The notes beneath the pieces were generated by a model. The model saw only the letters and a program-made list of their open reading frames with translations. It had not been told where the DNA came from and ran no database searches. The translations under genes were made by a program, and so were the position numbers. A stretch of DNA of 64,000 nucleotides from Tetramitus jugosus. Its lineage: Eukaryota > Protista > Heterolobosea. Positions 35,478-45,339 of this stretch are shown here, piece by piece. The first letter of the stretch is position 1. Every line of letters starts with the position of its first letter. The DNA lies in contig OW569380.1 of the NCBI GenBank assembly GCA_937625935.1, positions 387,492 to 451,491 on the forward strand, given 5' to 3'.

Positions 35478-38330
35478 TTATTCATATTCAATATCAACCT
35501 CATCCTCATAGGCAACTTCAATGCCTAAGATTTCGTTTCTACTCTCTTCGTATTCCTCCAGAGACATGAATCCTTGCTTTACAAAATTAATCAGGGAAAC
35601 AATTTTATCCCATTGCTCCTCATCCATTTCTACTTCATCAAGAATTGGATCATTGAATTCTGCCTCATCTTCGTCTACGTATTCGACTTCTTCCTCTCCA
35701 CCTTCTCCATAATAATATTCTTCTCCATCTTGAAGCAGATGCTCGTCCGCTTCTTCTTCTTGTTCCTCGACAGGTTCTCCTCTGAGGATTCTTTCTCTTC
35801 TCTTTCTCTCTCGATCCTCATCTGACTCGACATCACTCTCAACAGAACTGTCGTCACTTGGTGTCTCGGCCAAGAGTTCCTGTTCCTTCTTTAGACGTTC
35901 GAGTTGAAGTAGTCTCTCCTCTTCTAGACGTTCATTCTCAATTCTCTCCTTCTCCAATCTCTCATTCTCTAATCTGATCTTTTCCTCTCTCTCCTTCTCC
36001 TCTTGAGCTCGCTTTTGCCTCTTGCGTTCCAATTCAGCAAGTTGTCTCTCCTCTTCGAGTCTTTGCTTCTCCTTTTGTTCGGCAAGTATTCGCTCTCTTT
36101 CTTGCTGTTCCTCAAGTTCCTTTCGGGCCAATTCTTCGAGCAATCTTTGTTTCTCTTGCTCTTGGATCTTTTGTTGCTCTAGCCTCTCTCTCTCGAGACG
36201 TGCTTGCTCCTCTCTTCTTTTTGCCTCCTCTTCTTGTCTTTTACGTGCTTCTTCACGTTGCAATCTCTGCTGTTCACGATACTCTCTCTCACGGCGCTCA
36301 AGTTCCTCCTTCTTCTTTCTTGCTTCTTCGATCTCAATCTCTCTTTGCTTTCTAATTCTCTCAGCCTCCTTCTCTTGTTGAATTCTAATTCTCTCAGCCT
36401 CTTGTCTCTCTGCTTCGATCCTTTGCTTCTGCTTTTCGAGACTGTTTCTTTGAATGTTTTGGAATGTGCGAGCTACCTTCAACTTTAATAGTTGACTCTG
36501 ATTTTGCTCTGCCATTTGCCTCACCTTGGTATCATATTCCTGTGGAGTAACTAGGCCTCTTTGTATCAAATCTCTCATTGTCTGCAAAAATTCCTGTTGC
36601 TTTTCACTAAATGTACTCAGATCAATCTCAGAAGCGCTCTTGTTGTCATTGGTTAGCTCCTTATTGTTGCTTGTGACATTGGTAGGATTGGAAGCTACAG
36701 AGTGAATCTCTCTGCTCATTCTCTTCTCATGCTCCTTCATCTTCTTCAACTTTAATCGATAATCCTCAATAGTGATCGCTCCCTTGAGAACTAGGGCTCG
36801 CAATCTTCTTGCCTCAGCCTTACCTTTCGCACTCAATGAGACCAATTCTGCTTCTGAGAATGGTGATGCACCCTGTGTTGTTGGAATAGACACTTCCTTG
36901 ATCACAACAGTCGATTTTTTGGCTTTTGTGGCCTCTTCAACCATCTTTGCTACCTTTCTATCATAATCCATTTGTGTAATAATGCCTCTTGTAACAAACT
37001 GTGACATCTTCTTCAATTGTTCCAATTGAGATGAATTGAGCACCGATATATCAATATTTACAGATTGGGATCTATCTGATGCTTCTGGCTCCTTGCTCAC
37101 TCTCTTGGGAGTACCTGTCACTGAAGATCCAAATTTTCTCATAAAATTGCTAGCATTGCCAGAAACGGTAGGTGAAGCAGGAGTAGCAGATGACGATGGA
37201 GTAACACTTGTCGATGATGGAGTAAGAGATGACTTGGGCCTTGTAGAAGAAATTCGAATCATTCGACCAATACCATCAAAAATCTTTTTTCTCTCCCTCT
37301 TCAACTCCTCCTCAGATATAATACCCTGTCTTCTAAATGTATTCAACTTTTCAAGTCGTTTTGTCTCTTCGTCATTCAAATGAGACTCATTGTACTCCAA
37401 CACACAATCTCCCAGTACTTTACTCCTCTTTTGATTGAATTCGTCCAGTGTCAGAAGACCACTCTCCATCAATGAGCTCAAATACTCAATATTTTGCTTC
37501 TGTTCTTCACTTGCCAATTTTGGAATGTTTCTTCGCTCCATCTTGGTAGTTGACAACTTACTAAACAGTTGATTCGCTATTAAACTTGTTCCACCTCGAG
37601 GTGTAGTTAACACTAGACCCACTCCATTACTATTATTATTATTATTATTATTATTGTTACTATTATTCGCTGCTGAGCTATTGCTTGTAAGCTCTTCTTT
37701 CAAGTATGACTGAATCTCCGCCTCCGACTCCAATAATTTTCCCGGTTGGTACGAATCGAAGAGACCGGTGTGTCTTTGAATGATTTTGACGTTTCTGCTG
37801 TTGGTGCCTGAGATTTTTTGCTCAGGCGCAATGAGAATATGAGTGCCATTCGACGCAATATTGACTCTCAAGCTCATTGCAGTCAATCGGCTTTCAATGA
37901 CTGGAATTTGAATATTCAAATTGATCCAACGATCGCTGCCAGTCTTTTGTTGTTGAGTCAACAAGGAACTCTTGACAATCACACCAGATACATCTCTGTG
38001 GGATTCAAAGTGAACCTCGGGCTTGTTGTTCGTAGTACCTCCAACTTGCTCTTCCACAACAACAATTTTGAAGGGCTTGGCTTTGGTTGCGGCAATGTTG
38101 TACAAGTGAAAATAGAGTGCGTTAGTTGATCCTTCTCCTTTGTTCATGATTGAAGAGTTCTGATTTTTGGTTTGGCTGTCTTGAACTATTTGGGTTGTTT
38201 TTGTTGCACTTTGGCTGGTGTTTGGGTAGACGGCCAGACTTTTTTGTTCGACCATTGGGATGTCAAATGTCACCGAGGATGGATTCGCGCAGAATTGGAG
38301 AGTGTTGTGTTGAGCAACAGAATCCAACAT
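35478..38330 (-). CDS. Protein with six SHOCT-like domains and an E/R/K-rich single-alpha-helix region; a short extra 5' exon is possible
   Basis: Six copies of L..L..h...G.hT.EEY...K..h, e.g. LSSLMESGLLTLDEFNQKR, LNTFRRQGIISEEELKRER, MRDLIQRGLVTPQEYDTKV, LINFVKQGFMSLEEYEESR; about 190-aa charged helix. Confidence 0.75.
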   Translation of the reverse strand: MLDSVAQHNTLQFCANPSSVTFDIPMVEQKSLAVYPNTSQSATKTTQIVQDSQTKNQNSSIMNKGEGSTNALYFHLYNIAATKAKPFKIVVVEEQVGGTTNNKPEVHFESHRDVSGVIVKSSLLTQQQKTGSDRWINLNIQIPVIESRLTAMSLRVNIASNGTHILIAPEQKISGTNSRNVKIIQRHTGLFDSYQPGKLLESEAEIQSYLKEELTSNSSAANNSNNNNNNNNNSNGVGLVLTTPRGGTSLIANQLFSKLSTTKMERRNIPKLASEEQKQNIEYLSSLMESGLLTLDEFNQKRSKVLGDCVLEYNESHLNDEETKRLEKLNTFRRQGIISEEELKRERKKIFDGIGRMIRISSTRPKSSLTPSSTSVTPSSSATPASPTVSGNASNFMRKFGSSVTGTPKRVSKEPEASDRSQSVNIDISVLNSSQLEQLKKMSQFVTRGIITQMDYDRKVAKMVEEATKAKKSTVVIKEVSIPTTQGASPFSEAELVSLSAKGKAEARRLRALVLKGAITIEDYRLKLKKMKEHEKRMSREIHSVASNPTNVTSNNKELTNDNKSASEIDLSTFSEKQQEFLQTMRDLIQRGLVTPQEYDTKVRQMAEQNQSQLLKLKVARTFQNIQRNSLEKQKQRIEAERQEAERIRIQQEKEAERIRKQREIEIEEARKKKEELERREREYREQQRLQREEARKRQEEEAKRREEQARLERERLEQQKIQEQEKQRLLEELARKELEEQQERERILAEQKEKQRLEEERQLAELERKRQKRAQEEKEREEKIRLENERLEKERIENERLEEERLLQLERLKKEQELLAETPSDDSSVESDVESDEDRERKRRERILRGEPVEEQEEEADEHLLQDGEEYYYGEGGEEEVEYVDEDEAEFNDPILDEVEMDEEQWDKIVSLINFVKQGFMSLEEYEESRNEILGIEVAYEDEVDIEYE

Positions 38331-38586
38331 GGAGTCGACTCTACAATTTGAGAATTCTAATATTCTCGATTCAACTGAGAACGAACAGCACTAAAAGTGT
38401 AACATTCGGTATCGATTGATAATACCTAAATCTTGAAGAGATGAACATTTCTTCTCGAGAAAATCGAAAACATTGTTGTCAGCAGAATTGTAACTCCGAG
38501 TCAACCGCGAGCGGGGTTACCCAAAAATCAAAAAACAAAACAAACAAAAAATTCTAATCAGAAACAAAATCACATCAAAGAACACA

Positions 38587-38736
38587 ATGGCCGCCACCGT
38601 CGAGAAGAAGTCCAACCCACACACCCAAAAGAAGCCAAGAGCAAGAGTCTTCCCAAGCAAGACCTACACCAAGAGATGGAACAAGCGTAACCAACCAAGA
38701 CCAACCAAGAAGTACGTCAGAAACGCAAAGGTTTAA
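38587..38736 (+). CDS. 49-aa highly basic microprotein MAATVEKKSNPHTQKKPRARVFPSKTYTKRWNKRNQPRPTKKYVRNAKV (below the ORF-track cutoff)
   Basis: A/C-rich leader with ACAATGG start. Extreme codon bias: 10/10 Lys AAG, 5/5 Pro CCA, 5/5 Thr ACC, 4/4 Asn AAC. AATAAA at 38754-38759. Confidence 0.8.
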   Translation: MAATVEKKSNPHTQKKPRARVFPSKTYTKRWNKRNQPRPTKKYVRNAKV

Positions 38737-39050
38737 ATTTCTCATCACAAGAAAATAAATTTTCATAACTTGAACCACACTTGTCATTGTTGTTCATTTG
38801 CATTTGAATGATAATGGTTGTTCTTCGTATGTTGCAGACAAAAGGAATTGCAGGTAAACGAAAGGGTTGTGTTTCGTTCATTTATTTGTTATTGGGAGAC
38901 TGAAAGAGGCCTTTCTTGGCCACATTCATGTTATAAGTTAGGGTAGGGGCCTTCAAAAGCCAAACCGCACGCGATCTTCATGTCTCTGTCTATTGATCAT
39001 TTGTACAAGTAGGTGACGCAAACTCTGACGAGGATTGCACTGGACTCATC

Positions 39051-41606
39051 TTACCTCACAGTAACCGAATTGTTCTTCGATCTCGATGTGGCAGCGGTCA
39101 AGTGAGTCACGACATTGCTTTGTGTTTGGAAGATACTCTTTTCTCCTGCATTGTTGCTTGTGGAGACGCTCAATGGAGATAGTGGATCAACACTTGAGTC
39201 ACTCAGTCCGTGGATATACTCATCCTCGCTGCAGCTATTGCTGACGCTGAGAGAGCTACTGCTATCACTTCTGCCATGACAAGTTCCTTCGTGAACATCG
39301 GCAACGTCAACAGAGAGCTTTGGTGCATTCTTCTTTTTTCTGGCAGCGGCAACATTGTTGACATCAATGACATAGTCTTCAGAGATGATTGATTCGCTGG
39401 CTGCAGCTGTAGCAATTGACAAAGAGTTATGGTTTCCAGAGATTCTTCTGCTCTTGCGTACAGTGGTAGCATTCTTCTTCTTTCTGTAAATGTGTGGTGC
39501 TTCAGGCTTGATGGATCGCTCAAAGAAGAATTTTTCTTCAAAGAGAATTCTATAAGCAGCGATATAGGTTGGGATCAAATTGAATAGTAGAGTTCCTGGG
39601 AAACTGAATATCCACCACTCCAAAAAGTGTACAATCCAATAGTACTTGTGCTGATACTCTCGACCATTGACAAGGGTAATCAATTGACCATTGAGATACG
39701 TGTTGAGCAAAATGACAACGAATAGACAAACATTTGCCAAATTGTACAATGGCAACCAAATATGATTCACTCTGTAAATATCATCAGTAATTTCAGCGTT
39801 CGAGTACAACCAGGAATAGTATTGAGAGAAGATGAATGAGAATACGAGCATAGTCAATTGAGTTCCACCAATGAACTGCACACTTGTCACATTCCAAAAC
39901 AGCTTAAAGATACGCGTCCAGTTGACTGGAATTTGAATGCTTTGTGGGTCTTCTTCGTACTCTTCAGCGCTTCCTTCAGTGCATCTGCTTTCAAACTTGT
40001 GGAATCTGCGTCTAACATAGTCAGGAATACTGCTTCCATTCTTCCATGTCAAAAACATTCTCTTTAAAATGTAAGTAATTTCAGTGAGTGCCAAAGAGTG
40101 TCTCTTTCCTTGAATATATCTTTCATAGAGACTCTCATAGTATGTTTCACCTTGAGTAGAGTAGCAAGAGACTGGGAAAGGCAAGCTGCGTACCTTTGCT
40201 TTTCCTCCAGTGTTGAAGAATGTTCTTACAGTGCAATGCCAGTCTTCAGTGATATACTTTGGACACCAACCATTGTTTGCAGTCAAAAAGTTGTGACTCA
40301 TACTGTAGGTACTGAATGAAATCTTTTCATAATTCTTATCGTTCAAAGCAGCAATCTCATGCATTGTAATCACAAAGCTAATCATTCTACTCATTGCAGG
40401 AATCTCATTAAAGTTTCTGTAGCAAACCATAGGTGATTGCCAAATGCTAGTATTGTTGGTTCCCTTCATATGACTGCTCAAGTAAGCATAAGTCAAGGAA
40501 TCAAAATGACTCTCGTGATAAATGGAATCAGCGTCCTGTACAGTGACAACGGCAAAGTTAGGGTCCAATTCAGCAACACTTCTCTGTTCAATGTACTCCT
40601 TGATACCATTGTGCCAAGCAAAATTGCTGTTGCTTCCCTTACCAGGTGACTCATCAGGCATACCAGAAGGATGAACCGTGTAAAGCATGTCCTTGAATTG
40701 AAGAATGTAATCATTGACTAGTCTCTTGGCTTTTTGTTCTACATTTTGTTCTCTTGCTTCCATTGCCAAAACAGGAATGATTTGTCTACGAGCCATGGAT
40801 TGTTGAGCCAAAGAGTTGAGTGATTGTCTCAAGATGCTCTCACGCTCATTAAAGTTTGGAATAATCACAAAGTGTGTCACCTTGTTCCACACATCATCTT
40901 CTCTGCTCAATTGAGTTTGTCTGTTTGGTCTCATTCTCTTGAATCGACTGGCACTTGATTGTGGATACTGAGAGTCCTCATCTGAAGAAGAACTAGTGCT
41001 AAACTCGTTGCTTGCATTGGCAGAATTGTTGCCACCATAGGAGACAGAAGACTTGGACTTGGATTGCATGACCATTCTCTGTTTCGTCAAATACTTTTGA
41101 TAAAAGTCAACAAAACGAGAGCGCTTGGCTCTCTTGATACCAGCCATTCCAAAGTAAAAATTATGACTCAGCAGATACACATTGTAAGCCAAGTAACCCA
41201 ATGTAAAAATGAAGAAGAGTGATGGTGCATAAAAACCAGACCAAATCATGAAAATAGGAGCCATAATCAATGAGAGCATGGGTAATGATCGAAGTAAATA
41301 ATCAGTGATACGACGAGATAATGTATGTCTCTTTGCAACCTTGTCAGCAATAATCATTTCTTCATACTCTTGACAGTCAGTGCTATCATTCATGATTGAT
41401 GAAGAAGAGTTTGTTGCTATTGTTGTTAGTTGTAGTGGAGTGTTAGTTTCACTTGTTTCTTCCATTGTTTGATGTCTGTTGTTGAGTTGTTGAGACTGTT
41501 GGTGATGATATTGATGATGATTTTCGTACAATTCAACCACAGTAGAATAGGTGACTGGTGTTCTTGGTGTTGGTGCTGTTGGAACGGATAGTGGCGAATC
41601 TTCCAT
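39051..41606 (-). CDS. Membrane-bound processive-type glycosyltransferase family 2
   Basis: VIIPNFNE, PGKGSN, QDADS (DxD), ITEDWH (TED), QGKRH (QxxRW-like), flanking TM helices. Confidence 0.85.
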   Translation of the reverse strand: MEDSPLSVPTAPTPRTPVTYSTVVELYENHHQYHHQQSQQLNNRHQTMEETSETNTPLQLTTIATNSSSSIMNDSTDCQEYEEMIIADKVAKRHTLSRRITDYLLRSLPMLSLIMAPIFMIWSGFYAPSLFFIFTLGYLAYNVYLLSHNFYFGMAGIKRAKRSRFVDFYQKYLTKQRMVMQSKSKSSVSYGGNNSANASNEFSTSSSSDEDSQYPQSSASRFKRMRPNRQTQLSREDDVWNKVTHFVIIPNFNERESILRQSLNSLAQQSMARRQIIPVLAMEAREQNVEQKAKRLVNDYILQFKDMLYTVHPSGMPDESPGKGSNSNFAWHNGIKEYIEQRSVAELDPNFAVVTVQDADSIYHESHFDSLTYAYLSSHMKGTNNTSIWQSPMVCYRNFNEIPAMSRMISFVITMHEIAALNDKNYEKISFSTYSMSHNFLTANNGWCPKYITEDWHCTVRTFFNTGGKAKVRSLPFPVSCYSTQGETYYESLYERYIQGKRHSLALTEITYILKRMFLTWKNGSSIPDYVRRRFHKFESRCTEGSAEEYEEDPQSIQIPVNWTRIFKLFWNVTSVQFIGGTQLTMLVFSFIFSQYYSWLYSNAEITDDIYRVNHIWLPLYNLANVCLFVVILLNTYLNGQLITLVNGREYQHKYYWIVHFLEWWIFSFPGTLLFNLIPTYIAAYRILFEEKFFFERSIKPEAPHIYRKKKNATTVRKSRRISGNHNSLSIATAAASESIISEDYVIDVNNVAAARKKKNAPKLSVDVADVHEGTCHGRSDSSSSLSVSNSCSEDEYIHGLSDSSVDPLSPLSVSTSNNAGEKSIFQTQSNVVTHLTAATSRSKNNSVTVR

Positions 41607-42243
41607 GAGGAATAATATTGTTGTTGTTGCTGTTTAGCTGTGTGTGGAGCGCACAAAAATGGTTGTCGAATCGTTTGCGTCAGAGCTCTGAGAAAATGAG
41701 AGATTGTTGCTCGTTGTTGTTGAGTGATGATGCCTACTATCCGAGTTGTTATTGGTGTTGGGAACCGGACTCTGAATAGACGCGAGAAGCTTGTGAGTGT
41801 TTTATCTTTAATAATATCGAGTGAAGAGGATCAACAGCAAAAGAGAGGGTTCTGCATGAGAGATGGAAGCGAGCGAGGGAAAATCGTACAGAAAATAAAG
41901 AGCCTATAAGATTTTCGGAGACCATTTCGAATTCCCCACACAGTATCCGTTGAGATTTGGAGGGAAATTGCCCGGGCTTACAAAATTCCACATGAAAGAT
42001 TGATGACGTGCCTTACAAGTCAGGTCAGATGTCAAATAAAACGCCAAAGTCCCTCAACAGAAAAATTTCGGACAAAGCGTTCGCCTAAACACTGGCGTCG
42101 AACAATTTTGGAGAATCCGACGAGGATGCCAATGAAGATTCAACGCACACAGGCGGGAATAATTATATCGGAGAAAACCTCTGAGCGCCAACATGTCAAA
42201 AACTTGTGATTACCACAAACTTTGAGACCATACGTATACGAAT

Positions 42244-43224
42244 ATGAGAGTTTCATTCTTCCTGATTGTCCTATTCTCCATTGTGGTATCATTATTCATC
42301 TGTTCTTCAAGTTCAGCTGCCGCCCCAATCAACAACAGACCTGTGATTGGAATTCTGGCCCAACCTGTTCACGAGAGCAGTCCAACCACCAATTCCTACA
42401 TTGCTGCCAGCTATGTAAAGTTTATTGAAGGTGCAGGTGCTAGAGTCGTCCCTATTCCTTTTGATTTGCCAAAGAAGGACTTGGAGTCATTGGCTCTTCA
42501 GCTCAATGGTGTCTTGTTCCCAGGTGGTGGTGTCGATTTGAATCAATCTCCCTACCAGAGAGTCATGGAATTCTTCTTGAATTATTCCATGTCAAGCGGT
42601 GTCTATTTCCCCGTTTGGGCCACTTGTCTGGGTTTTGAAGGAGTCGCGATTGCTGTGGCTGGACAGTACAGTATTTTGCACTCTGGATTCAATAGTTGGA
42701 ACGTTAGTATGCCACTAGAGTTTTATCCAAATGCGGATACTGTCAGAAGAGAGAGTCGATTGTTTGGTAAGACTTCGATGCCATCTGAAGAAATGTTCCA
42801 ATCATTCCAAAGAGAAGCTCTCACATTGAATAATCACCATGCTGGTGTTCGTGTTTCTGACTGGTTGGCCAATCAAAACTTGCAAAAAGTGTTCAGAGTC
42901 TTGTCCATCAACAAGGACAGAGCTGGTCAATCTTTTGTTTCTACCATTGAAGCATACAATTATCCAATTTATGCGAGTCAATGGCATCCAGAAAAGGTCA
43001 GTTACGAGTGGTGGAGTGAAGAGGATATTAACCATTCCTATACTTCACTATTGGCCAACCAACACATGGCCAACTTTTTTGTGAATGAGTGCAGAAGAAA
43101 CAGCAATCAATTCAGCAACAACAATGATTTGGTGAATCGCTGGTTGATTTACAATTATCCTCCTACCTATACATTCAATGAGGAGCCTGACTTTGTTCAA
43201 ATGTACTACTTCCCAAAGAACTAA
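42244..43224 (+). CDS. GGH: Gamma-glutamyl hydrolase (peptidase C26) with signal peptide
   Basis: NNRPVIGILAQ, SYIAASYVKFIEGAGARVVPI, GVLFPGGG, WATCLGFE (catalytic Cys), QWHPEK, LIYNY. Confidence 0.95.
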   Translation: MRVSFFLIVLFSIVVSLFICSSSSAAAPINNRPVIGILAQPVHESSPTTNSYIAASYVKFIEGAGARVVPIPFDLPKKDLESLALQLNGVLFPGGGVDLNQSPYQRVMEFFLNYSMSSGVYFPVWATCLGFEGVAIAVAGQYSILHSGFNSWNVSMPLEFYPNADTVRRESRLFGKTSMPSEEMFQSFQREALTLNNHHAGVRVSDWLANQNLQKVFRVLSINKDRAGQSFVSTIEAYNYPIYASQWHPEKVSYEWWSEEDINHSYTSLLANQHMANFFVNECRRNSNQFSNNNDLVNRWLIYNYPPTYTFNEEPDFVQMYYFPKN

Positions 43225-43380
43225 TCTGTAGATGACGACGTTCAATAAACTCCGCAGATGCTGACAGCACGCACCAACTACCATTTTGAGACCGGAAGGG
43301 GCCCTAGAGGGAAAAACGGATTTTTCTTACAAAGACCTTTGACCTAACCTCAATTTCACAATTCAAAGAAATCTAGGAAA

Positions 43381-45303
43381 ATGAGACCGAATCGATACCA
43401 CTGTGCTAAAACCTTTCTCTTCATCTATGCACTATTGCTGGTGCTTCTTGTGAGGAACGGCAACTCGATCAAGAACAAGTACTTGAGAACCAATGATCTC
43501 AGGTGTCATCTCATCCCTCAAAATACAACTGGTTCACTCATGGACTCCTCGATCGATGATTCGATTCTTGTAGAGTTTCTCAGTGTGAGAAACTTCCAAT
43601 CGTACTCTTACTTTAAAGTAGGTCTGATCGATTGGACAAGAGATAACATTTCTATGGTGGTAGAGTTTCGTGACACTTCCTTGCTTGAGCCTAACGACTC
43701 TGTGCCTTTTAGTTTCACAATGTTTGAACAGAATGGAACCCTCTACTTTCAGTATATGAACGATAGTGTTGTAACGACACGTCCTTTTTTGGATAATGAC
43801 GAGTGGGTTGAGGGTGGTGAACACGGAGTCCCAGTGTACATCAATTTCGACACAAGTGGTGTTTATGGTAGACCGTTCATACTCACCGTGCAGACCAGAT
43901 TAAAGTCGAGCTATCGATTAAACAGAATCACCATCGAGGAGCAAGGGACATGGTCACATGATGTTCCAGTCGAATCATCCCTTTGTTCAGATTATCTCAA
44001 GGTCAAGAAAATGAATTTACAGATAACTGGCTTCTCTCTGGCTAGTTGCAGCTTTAATGTATTTATCAGTATCTTGAATGCGATTGGTATTATTCTACTT
44101 TGTAGAAATTATCTGATCAAGAAGAGACTCATTACAATTGTCCCTTGTTGCCTAGCATTCCTCCTGTTTGATGTCTGTCTGCTCATTTTTTATCCAATAC
44201 TTATTTATTACCACCAAAGGATGATATATCTTACGGATAAGATGCCATTGACGCCTGCACTTGGAGCAATTAGAGCATGGTTGATCCTTGTGGCTATGAC
44301 ATGTTATGTCGCCTACTCTATTCGATACTTCCATATGAGAAACTTTTATAGGATCATGTCACTTTCCACAACTGATGTATCAAGAAAGCAATTAGCAGTT
44401 CATAGGAGGATTGCAAGTAGTTCTACTTATGTGACCTTTGTCACAATGATGGCTTTGCTCATTGCGTTATTTGTTGGTATCTTCGCCGGTTTTTTTCCAT
44501 TCTCAACATTGGCTGTGAATGTTATCGCCATTGTTGCTGCTGCCCTTGGTGCTTTGTGTGGTTTTGTTGCTCTCGTGGTTGACTTTGCATTAAATTGGAG
44601 CAAAACTCGAAAAGATGGTATTCTCAATTATTTCAGTATGGATCCACTGAGAATTAGATTGGAGATGTTCTTCATTATTCCAGCAACAGTTGTGGGTGTC
44701 ACATACGGTATACTGCTCATTACCTCTCCAATCAACATTGAGAGTCGAAGTTATGCTGGATTGTCAGCTCATATTGCTTTTCAGGAGATATTCTACGCAT
44801 TATTGGGCATTTCTGTGAGGTTGGTTCTGTCAGGAGGCTTGGTTTGCATATTAGTATTCTTGAAGTCTTTGAAACCTTCTCCATTTTCGGATACGATATC
44901 GGATGAGGGAGTGAACAATCTACTTCGCGATGCAGACGTGTACAAAATGATGTACAGGTATTGCAAACAAGAGTTTTCATTGGAGAACATCCTGCTGTGG
45001 ACTCACCTCAACAACTTGTCCAAATCAATCCAGATCTCAACAGAAGAATTACAAGATCTTTTCGAGTCGTACATTAAGCCAAAAGCGATATATGAAGTGA
45101 ATTTACCTGCCAAGACAATCAAGGAGTTTAAGGCTCTGGTTGAAAGAGCAGGTGAAGATGGTGTTCGCTTTGAGGAAGTGAATGTTCTCCTTGCAGGACA
45201 GTTGACTCAGAATCTATCAGATACATTCACAAGATTTTCAGACTCGGAAGCTTTCAAAACATGGAAAGAGAGCAAAACAGCTTCTGAACGCTTCAAGTTA
45301 TAA
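43381..45303 (+). CDS. 7TM-RGS protein (signal peptide, ectodomain, seven TM helices, C-terminal RGS domain)
   Basis: Seven hydrophobic segments followed by the RGS signature YCKQEFSLENILLW...FESYIKPKAIYEVNLP...NLSDTFTRF. Confidence 0.88.
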   Translation: MRPNRYHCAKTFLFIYALLLVLLVRNGNSIKNKYLRTNDLRCHLIPQNTTGSLMDSSIDDSILVEFLSVRNFQSYSYFKVGLIDWTRDNISMVVEFRDTSLLEPNDSVPFSFTMFEQNGTLYFQYMNDSVVTTRPFLDNDEWVEGGEHGVPVYINFDTSGVYGRPFILTVQTRLKSSYRLNRITIEEQGTWSHDVPVESSLCSDYLKVKKMNLQITGFSLASCSFNVFISILNAIGIILLCRNYLIKKRLITIVPCCLAFLLFDVCLLIFYPILIYYHQRMIYLTDKMPLTPALGAIRAWLILVAMTCYVAYSIRYFHMRNFYRIMSLSTTDVSRKQLAVHRRIASSSTYVTFVTMMALLIALFVGIFAGFFPFSTLAVNVIAIVAAALGALCGFVALVVDFALNWSKTRKDGILNYFSMDPLRIRLEMFFIIPATVVGVTYGILLITSPINIESRSYAGLSAHIAFQEIFYALLGISVRLVLSGGLVCILVFLKSLKPSPFSDTISDEGVNNLLRDADVYKMMYRYCKQEFSLENILLWTHLNNLSKSIQISTEELQDLFESYIKPKAIYEVNLPAKTIKEFKALVERAGEDGVRFEEVNVLLAGQLTQNLSDTFTRFSDSEAFKTWKESKTASERFKL

Positions 45304-45339
45304 CTTGCTAGCAATGAATGATAGATATTACGTGTATTT

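Noticed and set aside
564-37383. Numerous short antisense or alternative-frame ORFs in the track (e.g. 3132-3692, 13380-13970, 15471-16058, 19333-19803, 36022-36381)
   Set aside because: Shadow ORFs of real genes caused by codon bias and trinucleotide low complexity; no domain motifs.
39024-39050. CTGACGA hammerhead-like start in the GT2 3' flank
   Set aside because: No following stem II plus GAAA.
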